Part shown: positions 1 through 10,000 of the stretch, in pieces
Numbering within the stretch: the stretch's first letter is position 1
Layout: the number at the start of each line of letters is the position of its first letter
From: Acanthaster planci
Lineage: Eukaryota
DNA: 64,000 bases
Direction of reading: 5' to 3'
Assembly (NCBI RefSeq): GCF_001949145.1
Contig: NW_019091362.1
Coordinates: 1,123,838-1,187,837 of the forward strand
Translations under genes and position numbers: made by a program
Notes under the pieces: model-generated
Seen by the model: only the letters and a program-made list of their open reading frames with translations
Databases searched by the model: none
What the model was told of the DNA's origin: nothing

Positions 1-110
1 ATTACACTCTCTATAACTGACTTATAGAAAAATCTCAGAATTGTCCGTCCTACCCACATAGAATGAGTTCCTTTCCTCAAAAAACACATTCTATGTTGAG
101 CCTTTGAAAG
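1..110 (-). mobile_element. Degenerate non-LTR retrotransposon (LINE) ORF2 C-terminal fragment, Rex1/Babar/L2-like
   Basis: The minus strand reads, with frameshifts, KAQHRMCFLRK..NSFYV..RTILRFFYKSVIESV. This resembles the KAQQRLYFLRKL..F....IL..FY.S.IES segment downstream of the RT domain in CR1-group LINEs. It runs off the window edge. Confidence 0.55.
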
Positions 111-406
111 GATAGGCTTGCATTGGTCTTCCGGTGACAGTTATTCAGTGAATGCACTCAGTGACGGCTGTTCTGTGTCCTATCTCGCAATACGCTTTAC
201 ATCTTGTAGAGATCCCATCAATACATGCAACATTGACATGCAATAGCCGTTGGTACAATGTAAGACCTTTGGGTGTGCACTGTGTGCTTGACCCAAGGTA
301 CAATATGGCTGCCACCATACTAGTTTCAGGTGATTTTTTTTCCGACATTGCTTCGACATGTCGAGACAACTAGCCTAGAGGCAAAGCAACAGGAAATAAT
401 TCAGAG

Positions 407-1100
407 GGACTGGTAACATTACCAATATACGCTGTATTGACTTGGGGGATTGCAAATTTGGGGACCCTGTTCCTGTAATATAAGGCAGATCAGGTTGGTG
501 TCGAGGTTTTTCCTCGTCTTCCACATCTGTGGTCCCGGGTTCGATCCCTGGCCTGGTCCACATGTGGATTGGATTTTTAGTCCCTTTCTGATTTTATGGG
601 TTTTACTCAGAATATTCTTCTGGGGTTTTCCTCCCACCTCTAAAACTGTAACTGCTTCTCACTGTCTCCTCTCTACAGGTTTCTTCAGGCTTGCGAGCTA
701 CAGTGCCTAGGGTGCTTTTGAGGAATCCTTGGTGTCATTACCAGAAATGATCAATAATATTTGTAATATTTGTAGGGTTGATGTTGTCAAAAAAGGGCAG
801 TGTTTTGACAGAAAATATGAGGGGAAACTGTGACCAATTGACCATGGCGGATTCAAATTTGCACAGTTGGTTTATCAGTAAGAAAGTCACATTTTCTCAC
901 AATTTACAATTTGAAATTTCCCAAAAATAGGGTCAGCGTAAATAAAGAGAAAATTGCCTTTGGTTTTGGGGGCACTGACCAGTTTTACAAGATTAAAATG
1001 ACACAAAAAATGGGAGGGGGGGTACCCAAGTATAAACTCCTCTTGACTTGAACGCTTGGAAAAAATTGCCAATCTCATTTTGGGGGAGCCTTAGCAACGG
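407..1100 (+). repeat. Interspersed repeat, interrupted by a SINE; second copy inverted at about 38140-38604
   Basis: Blocks such as aatttggggaccctgttcctgtaa, tgtagggttgatgttgt and gaaagtcacattttct..caatttacaatttg.aatttcccaaaaa recur collinearly in reverse complement in RAB21 intron 1. Confidence 0.7.
484..712 (+). mobile_element. tRNA-derived SINE
   Basis: A-box-like caggttggtgtcgagg and B-box GGTTCGATCCC at 538-548. About 200 nt are homologous to the copy at 42632-42927 (-), e.g. ggggttttcctcccacctc.aaaac. Confidence 0.8.
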
Positions 1101-1973
1101 GGTCTCTCCACACATAACACGAATGGTATTGTGTGGCTGGTACATGTATTATGAACCACATTATGAGGCTGGCTATGGCCAGTTACTGGACAAGTCGACC
1201 GTTAAGACAAGTTGTCTGTCAAGACAAGTCGACTTTGACCCAGAGACAACTCAACTATGGGAGGACTGCATAGGTACGTGGCAAGCGTGTGCGAACGTTA
1301 AGCTGTAACTTAGCACAAACTGCAAGGCGACGTGTTTGGGCCAAATTTGCAGGAATTGCATGCACAGGCCTCAAGGCACAGAACACGCGGGAATGGTTTC
1401 ACAACTAGTGGCAATGGATGGTGCATGCACGGCATGGTAAAGGTACGATCCTAGGCCTACCATCTTCTCCTCTATTCAACTTCTTTGAATTTTACTTTCT
1501 TTGATGTAAAAAGTGCGCCTTGTTGAAAGGAATGCTGGTCAAGTCGTACGTGTGCCAGCTTGTACCCCAGCCTCAACAAACTTACGAGTTCCACCCACAA
1601 GTTGGCATGATGGCCCTCACAGTGTGCACCATAGCTAGAAGAAACCCAAATAAACAAGTCAACCTGTCTTAACGGACGACTTGTCTCGATGGTCAAGTTG
1701 TCTTTCAGTTTGACGCAGACGGTCGAGTTGTCCCAACAGCCAAGTTGTCTGGACCCCCTATGGCCAATCATGCAGATCAAATCCAAACAGACATTTCTAA
1801 AAGGGTATCGGTCACTTTGCCCCTTTCCTACTTTGCCCCATTTCAACCTGGCCCCACTGATTATCATACATTCTTTTCTTTCAGCTTTAAGAGAGGCATG
1901 CAACAAATAAAAAAGGTTTGAGTACCTTGCCAAGTCAGAGGTTCCGATTCAAACACGGCAAATGTTAGGCCTA

Positions 1974-2360
1974 GTCTTGCCCCAAGACTGGTTTTACTGT
2001 TTTGGCTAGTGCACTGTGCAGGGGGGACATGCACTGGTGAGCACAGCCAAATAGCACTACCAGTAGTGGGCTTTTACCATGAATAATTGCCCATGCGCAA
2101 TGCCAAAAACCGCAGTCTGCATGGCGCGCGGTCTTTGGCAGTGCGTAAGGGCATTATTATTCATCAACTTGACCACATGAACTATGCTCGGAATTTTTCG
2201 GTTAAGCCTGCCAGATGTTACAAGACTGGTTTTCTCTGGCAGGTTGTCTCTTGTGAATGTAGCACCCTCTACTGGTAGTGCTATTCGACTGTGCTCACCA
2301 GCACATGTCCCCCTGCACGGCGCACTAACCAAAACAGTAAAACCAGCCTTGGGGCAAGAC
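1974..2360. mobile_element. MITE (non-autonomous DNA transposon) with about 100-bp TIRs, flanked by TA
   Basis: TA|gtcttgccccaag.ctggttttactgttttgg... at 1972 pairs with ...ccaaaacagtaaaaccag.cttggggcaagac|TA ending at 2362. Confidence 0.85.
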
Positions 2361-3078
2361 TAGCCTAGGCCTTGTCCACGGGATACATGTATTAATATAA
2401 TCGTATCATCTCTTCATCAGAATTAAATAATTGCCAGAGACAAAGCGGAGATTGTGCAGTTTTTGGTTCCTTTTTTCGAGAGGTATGTCACACAAAAGTA
2501 ATTCAAACACAAAAATACCCCGAACGAAAGCATTAAATAGAAGAGAAGGGGAGACTTGGGGAAATGTTCATTTTTGTTTCATTCATTAATCCAACCTTAT
2601 TTCAGCAAGGATACCCCAATACGTAAATGAAATGCACAACTTATCAAAATGCACAGCTTCACGTGCTACGGGCCCATGTGTGTTTTACATGCCTCTTATA
2701 TCCATTAGCGGACCACAATTCAAAGTGGATGTGAAAGGCAGCTGAAAACACTCCGATCCATATATAACCACTTCACTGACTTCCATTTACTCTAAAGTTG
2801 GCTTCGAAGGATGCGGACTTAGTAACGTCCTGTCTATGTAGTGATGAGCCACTGAACTATTCAGTATAAATCTATTCAGTGCTGGCTTGAGATTATGACG
2901 TCAAAAACGTGTCAGAAACAGCCTAAAACTGGGGGACACATCTTTCATATTCTTGCCTAAAAAATAAAAATGTGAAGTGGATGACAGTGACAACCAGAAT
3001 GATGTAAATATTGTACGGAATTTTTTAGGCAATTTAGAATAAAGAGGATGTGAAATTACCCCAATACAAGTCCAATGC

Positions 3079-3496
3079 CATAGAGTTTTCGTTCTGGTTC
3101 GTAAGTGACTAGGTCATACACACGGCCCGGACGCGCCACGATTTGCAAGCTCCAATCGAACGATCGCCGAAGTTGCGCGCTAACTTCCAGTTCCATGTTT
3201 CCGTGTAAACGGCGATCAACGCATGTAACTCTATGGCCGTTTTCCTTATACTCAACTTCGTCTCCGTCTCAGGCTACGTTCCCAACTCAGGCTTCGTCCC
3301 CGAAACCAATCCCCGATTGAGGCCTGCAGCGTTTAAATCAAATTGGATTACTGTAAGTTTTTGCTCTCTTGCATCTTATTTGATGTTTTGTGGCACCATT
3401 AGACTACTTAGTGCGTTTACAGCTTCAAAGTCAGGGAGTAAAAAACAGTTGAAGCCTGAAACGGAGCCGAAGTTGAGTATTGGAAAACGGCCTATG
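3079..3496. mobile_element. Nested MITEs: outer CATAGAG...CTCTATG element, with an inner 258-bp TIR element (3235-3492) inserted in its right TIR
   Basis: Inner element: about 40-bp TIR ggccgttttcc..atactcaacttcg.ctccgt.tcaggct, with TAT on both sides. Removing it restores aactctatg, the reverse complement of catagagtt at 3079. Outer flanks tccaatgc / tgcagtgc match at 6 of 8 positions. Confidence 0.65.
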
Positions 3497-4037
3497 TGCA
3501 GTGCATGTAAAGTGGGCGTGGTAAAACTGAAGTGACGTCTCACTTACGAACCCGTAATAATAACACGCTCGAGCATGGACGGGGCAAAGTGGAAATGGGG
3601 CGAAGTGGGGATAAGCCATATCGCAAATACTGCATGGGTGATTTTGCACAATAGCAGAAAAGCATTGTGGGAAGGAAAAAGGAGCAAACATCGCCCCTTT
3701 TTGCCTTCCTACAATGCTTTTTTTACCATTTTGCAAAATCACCCATTCAGTATTTGCGATAAGGCTTATGTTACGCATCCTCCGCCTGGACGGAGGATGT
3801 CTCACTACTTCATTGACAACAGTTCTTAAGTTCGATTCGTGGACGATTCTTATCTTGTTTACCTTCACTAAATCACCACCAGACCACAGAGTTACGAAGG
3901 GCTATGCGTCAACGCCATGTCCATGGAAACTAACCCTAAACATCAACAGCGTGCAATGTGCATGCACATACTGTAACATTACCAGGCCTCCACATGATAT
4001 CACTGACGACGCCAACCCAGTGACTTCCTATGTTAAG

Positions 4038-4273
4038 TAGCGCCCTCTAGCTGTGCCATTAATCCACTTTTGAGGGATTGCTCTGAGCTACGATTGGCTT
4101 CAAGTCCGCCAACGTGGGAAAACTTGACCCATTTTATCCACTCGCGCGTCGTTGCTTTGTACTGCCTCGGGGCACCAGCAACTTTGGAGCGATCCTTGTA
4201 ATTAATAATAGTCCATGAAAGAAAGGTCATCAGACGGTTCATTTCATGGGACACAAAGTAGGTCAGTGGGTCA
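4038..4273 (+). promoter_or_regulatory. Putative promoter of the nuclear receptor, with RevDR2, RORE, E'-box, CCAAT and CTCF-like motifs
   Basis: AAAGT-AGGTCA-GT-GGGTCA at 4255-4273 (RevDR2). AAAAT-GGGTCA on the minus strand at 4125-4135 (RORE). AGGTCA at 4224-4229, AACGTG at 4111-4116, ATTGG at 4093-4097, CTCF-like TAGCGCCCTCTAGCTG at 4038-4053. The region is locally CpG-rich and lies just upstream of a splice donor at 4576. Confidence 0.7.
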
Positions 4274-4299
4274 ACCGAATCTCTTTCACTCTGTGCCAG

Positions 4300-4575
4300 C
4301 ATTTCACCCGTGATATACTCGAGCACTGCTGTTTACATTTTAACTGTTGAACCTGTGGCTGTTCACCGACACTTTTGTACTTGTTTGGTTGCACTACACT
4401 GTCCAGAAAAGTTGGAATTTAAACTGAGACAGAGCAAGATAACGGGACGGAGTGGGCCTACTGCATTCCCGCGCAGTCACGCTTGCTTTTGTTTTAGAAA
4501 GCGTTCGTCGTAGGCAAAGTGCAGACTGGAATCGTGTGTAGCCTATGGTGGACAGAAGGCAACTGAAGTTAAGCA
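4300..4575 (+). other. Probable non-coding first exon (5' UTR) of the nuclear receptor; start position approximate
   Basis: Donor CA|GTGAGT at 4576, followed by AT-rich intron-like sequence. A strong acceptor (long pyrimidine tract, tctcag|) lies at 6956. Confidence 0.55.
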
Positions 4576-6489
4576 GTGAGTTTTTATGTTTATGTCAAAC
4601 ACAAATTTTTAAGTTTGTACAATGAGAAAAGACGGTATAGGTGCTGCCTATATTTTTAGGACGAATATGGGCTGACTGGGCAAGCCGAACTTTTGTTAGC
4701 AAATTTCTCTACATTTTGATACGTAAATATTTTTCAATACCTAGGCCTAGCTACAGACTACAGTAGGCTAATTTAAATGCCAAACTTTGGGCGGGGGATA
4801 TTTTCTTTCTGAGGTATAATCTCAGATTACATTTAATAAAGCTGATCGTGTTCAAATTGAATTGATCTCTTTGAACATGTTGAAAGAATTTTACAAACTG
4901 ATTCATTAAAACCTGTTTTTACAGTCATTGACAGTGTTTGAGTTTAAAGATGCAGTAAAATGTTTAAAATTCTTAAAGGTGTAATTGTGACATTGTGTAG
5001 TATTTTAAAATTCTGTGTAACTCTTTTGAGTTGTATCTCTGTACATGAACCACTTCAAAAAGTGTTTTTACAGTAAGTGGGCCTATGCAATCAAAAATTA
5101 AACTCAGTCTAAAAAATACTTTATAAAAGTTTATCCCATATGTTTGTGCTTTAAATTTTATTTGAAATCATTGTTTAAAGCAAGTCACTCTTTTGAATAC
5201 CACTTGGCAACCTGTGCACAAACTCTAGGAAACTGGTCTGAAAATTCAAAGTGTTTTCTGTGTGAATATTTAAATATGTTCAGTGCTAAATGTGACCTTT
5301 AAAGTCATGTTGTTACTTTCAGATGGCTAATAGGTACATGTAAATGTTAGTAAAAATTAGTGCCGTCATCAGTAGATAAAATTCTTTCCCCAAAAGTGTG
5401 TTGCAGCTTGTATGATTTCTTCTATCAAATGATGGATGATAATTACAGGTCCTGGTTCCATGAGGCAGTTGGCGTCCCTAAATATCGAAACATTGAGTAT
5501 ACTCCCGGTTCTTTTCAGAACCACGCATACAGTGTACATGTACTCATAAGAGAAATATTCCTTCGCATGGTGCTACTGCAAGCCTTTCCACCTATTGCTG
5601 TCTTTCACCAGGAATAGCCTGAAATTCCATCTAAATATGTTCAACAAAAAAAACAAAACAAGACCAAAAAACCTAAGCTGATAACAAGCTTTGTTAAAAG
5701 AAGAACAATATTTCTTTAATTAGTCTGAAATTTACCAATTAAAACTATTACTTGAAAGAAATCTTGCATGGCGTCAATGGAAGTTCCTTTGTCAAGTAAA
5801 GTTTCAGTTAAAATAGGGGAGAAACACAGCACTGTGATTTAATAAAACTTATCTCTGACTGAAAGCCAACTTAACTGAGGAGTTGGGTCATGGATAGACA
5901 CTAAATAATCAACAACTATAGCTGTGAATGGAATGGGGCTTTTTGTTGGTGTTGGTTTGATTTGTGGTGCTGAATCCTTTTCAGTAAATTATGCCAGTGA
6001 AATTGTTTGTTGTATGCAGAGAAATTTTGTGGCAATTTTACACATAGTATATACACAGTAGGGTACATGTACACAAACACATATGCTGAAAAAATAGCTG
6101 CTACTCCGTACATGTATGCAGCTGAAACCGACAGAACTTCTTGTACAGGCACTATGTTGAACTTCTTATAAATTTAAGAGTCTTAGTTCCTGGAATTGTT
6201 AATCAATGGCACCGGTGCTGGAAATGTAAAAGATCTCATAGAATTGTTGCTAACCACATCCTACATGTTCATGTACACACATTTCCCCCAAGGGTCACCA
6301 GAACAAAATCAAATTTGCAAGGTTCAAGCGAACAGTGGATGGGCTACACTGGGCACTACACTTTTTTAGCAATAAAACCTCAGTTTCTGATGGTATACAA
6401 AAGGCCTGCAATGTGTGGTCGTTTTTGACGAGGGCTTTAATTTGATTGATATCTTATGCATGTTTTCCCATTTTCCTTCTTACCCTTAT

Positions 6490-6674
6490 CAATATTGAGA
6501 ACCACCCAATATTGAGAACCACCCAATATTGAGAACCACCCAATATTGAGAACCACCCAATATTGAGAACCACCCAATATTGAGAACCACCCAATATTGA
6601 GAACCACCCAATATTGAGAACCACCCAATATTGAGAACCACCCAATATTGAGAACAACCCAATATTGAGAACCA
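6490..6674. repeat. 17-bp minisatellite (aatattgagaaccaccc), about 10.8 copies
   Basis: Units start at 6491, 6508 ... 6661 and are nearly identical. The array explains the repetitive minus-strand ORFs at 6437-6833. Confidence 0.97.
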
Positions 6675-7064
6675 TATATCCCATTCAAGTTTAATATGTG
6701 CTACATGTACATGTATACACGCTCTACCACCTGTAGTTTGTGCAGAGACTTTGTAGTACAGCAGCATTGTGCAACATTGCTCTGCCAAATCCAAAGTTGT
6801 AATTTTGGTCATCATAATTAGAGAAACATACAATGATTTGGTGACATTTTGGATGATTTATGGTTCTTAATGGGGCTCGTCAAAATGTGACATACATGTA
6901 CATGCGCCAGGGATTTCCGTATTATCTGCCTCTCTCTTTTCCCCTTTTATTCTCAGATAGAGTCAACGTTTTGTGACAGGCGACGAGAAATATAACTGCA
7001 GTATCTACATCAAAAATTCTTGTTTTGGTGGAAACGAAAATTGTAAAGCTTGAAACATAAGACT

Positions 7065-10000
7065 ATGGAATGGGAGTCTAGAGATCGTGTGGGATCAGGT
7101 GTACTAGGTAAGTTTATTCAGATTTGGCGTGATTTTCGTATGAATGGTTATTTTCTGCGTTAGTATGTTCTAACTTCAGGTAGGCCCACTATTGTCTGCA
7201 CAGTTGGGCCTGACCAACTTTGAGAAAAAGAGTATGTGCAAGCAATATGTCATAGAATTGTGCTGAAGATGAAATAAGAAAAATAAGGAAAAAGAAACCA
7301 GTATAAAGTAAGAAAAAGATTGATTTTGAAAAGAAGTCAGAGGAGAGCAGGCAGTGATTTCAGTAATGAGGATGTGATATTTATACGTTTAAACATTTAA
7401 ACGAAAAAAGTTCAAAACATGTTTACAGATTTTCCAAAACATTTCAGTGGAACCTGTTTATTTCCAGGTTTGACAGAGTTCATTTCAAACAGTTCAAATA
7501 AATTTGATCCTCCTAGTGGCATGTAGTGATTTTTTCCCTTTCTGCGTCCACCCACCTTTTGGGGGGGGAAAATTGAATTTAAAGCAAGACACATTTCTTT
7601 CATGTATTTTGAATGCCCCAGCATTGATCTACATTTCATACACTGGGCTGATCATGCACATTGTTGAGCTACATGTATAATACCAAGGTAGGTGTCAGCA
7701 CCCTCTATAAAGTGTTGGCCAAACATTTAAATGTATAATTGCATGGTAGTTGACAGTTCTTCTTAACATTTATCAGATGTAGATTCCCTTCTTTGGTTAG
7801 TAATGAAGCAATCATTTGTTAAAACCATTTTGAAAACAGCTCAACTCTTGCAGTATAATGTGCTCTTTTTATATTCAATTCTGCTAAATAACCACAGTTG
7901 GGCATGTCCAACTGTGTCGACAAAGTTGGATGTGCCCCAAGTATAAAAGGCATCCTTTTATACCAGAATGCCCCCAAGCACTTCCGCTTCCAACCGTCCC
8001 GGATTTGGCAAAACCCACCACCATGCAGAAAACCATCAACACATTCCCTCTTACTTGGAATTTTCAAGGGCCACCCAGCCCAGAACACTAGTGGCTTGGC
8101 CGTAAGTTTCTCCATCCTTCAAGGAGTCTTGAAGGATCTGACAAAATGAAAGTTTGGCAGTTACCGTAGGAGAGGATACAATGTACATTTTACTATAGAG
8201 GGTTTACACTGCAGCCATGTTGCTGGCCAGTGCTTTTGTTCCATAGGGTTTGCACAATGGAGGTTTCCCTGTGGAACAAAAGAACTGCCCTGCACAAGGT
8301 TTGGGTTGCCATGATTGTCACAGTCTGTCACTGCATGTGATACATAACTGCAAGTTTCTAGATTAGTCAGTTGATATTTGAAAGCAAGTCATAGTTTCTG
8401 AGTGCGTGATGAATTCACTGGTGTGTAAGTTTCTGTATGAATACATCAAAGTAAAATTAACCTGATTTCTTTTTTGAATTAAAAATCTGTCACAAAGCTT
8501 TTAAAGTGAACTTTGCAGATTTTTTTCTAACAGTGTTTTCTCCAGTTTTTGTTTTGTTTGTTTTTCTTTGCCTTTCTTCAGACATTCAATACAGACTTGA
8601 ATTCATGGATAATGCGAAGATTGGACAGTAAACATGGACATGTATATCTTTTTTATACTGGAACATTGTACATAAGTTAAGATTGCATTTCCATCCATAT
8701 TTGTACATGTATGTGTATTTCAAATTTGAAAATTGCTTCTTCTTTTTTAGACACTTAAGAAAATCATCAAGATACAAAGATTTGTGTATTTCAGGCACTG
8801 GGAATCTGTGCCGGAATGCTAGGTTATTGTAAGTCATGAAGGTGAGCAGCCTTTGTGGTCAGGTGACCCATTTCAATAATATTTGTTTACAGGGAGGAAT
8901 AATAACCCCAAACTGAGTGACCCTAGTTCACCACTTTTGTTTTGTTTTGTAAGATAACAGCCGTGACACAGATGAACATTGCATTGTGTAAAGCTTTATC
9001 AGTGGCAATGCCTTTGCAGTAACCGAGTTAGATATGCACGTACATGTACATGTACATACGTGTACATGTACGTAAATACTTCACAAGTACATTTATGGAA
9101 GCTGCTCTCAGAATTTTTCTGTGAATTTTTGATAGGCTCTAGTCATACAATATTAAAAGCGTGATAACAGACTGAAGGAGCAGTTCAGAGATTGAATCTC
9201 ATGCAAATTTCTCGGGCATATAGTACCTGTACTTAGCATCTGACTTCCAGGCGTACATGAACCGGTATTTACCCATGGATCCCAAAGTTCCTTTTTTACC
9301 AGAAAACACTCTTTTCTGAGAGATTATGGCAAAGGTTTCCCTGATCCTCCATCTGAATTGACATATGTTAGGCATGTCAAATCTGCATTCATGTGCATGT
9401 ATGCATACACATTGTGGACTGATGTACCAGTACTAGCATGCAACTTCCTGAAATGTAGTCTCCACTCCTTCGAAGAATAGTCAAGACCTTATAACCGAAC
9501 ATTACTTTGTTATTTAGTAGTTTTATGTGATGACGGATGTGTCTTTGTACTGGCCATGTTTGTCCAGACTACCTGTACGTACGGTGTACTTTTGCGTAGA
9601 GGCACACAATAACTAGCAACCTATATGTACATGTACATGTACTGGTAATCTCACAAGTCTGTTGATCAAACCAACAAATATTCTAAATACCTTGCACATT
9701 AATGATTAACTGTACATAACAGTGCCACTATCACTAAATTAATGTCCTGAATTTATCTACACCTTTGTTGTCATTTTTCTACCATCACAGCGGCCTAGAA
9801 AGAATGACCCTGTCACCCCCACAATTAGGAAAGGAAACAAGTGTGGCTATTTATTTCACTGATTGACAGAGTGATCAGAAAAAAACTGAGATACAGAGTC
9901 AACCAAAATTGCTTACCTTTTATAGAATTGTTTATTTTGTTTTTGCAACAAAATGAACTCACGCTGAGTCAAATTTATGCCCCCAAAATAAACTGTCTGA

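Noticed and set aside
484..560. tRNA gene
   Set aside because: A and B boxes are present but I see no intact cloverleaf, and the sequence continues into a SINE body.
6437..6833. Repetitive ORFs (GGSQYWVVLNIGWFSIL)n, and a CRISPR-like appearance
   Set aside because: These are translations of the 17-bp minisatellite. There are no unique spacers, and the context is a eukaryotic intron.
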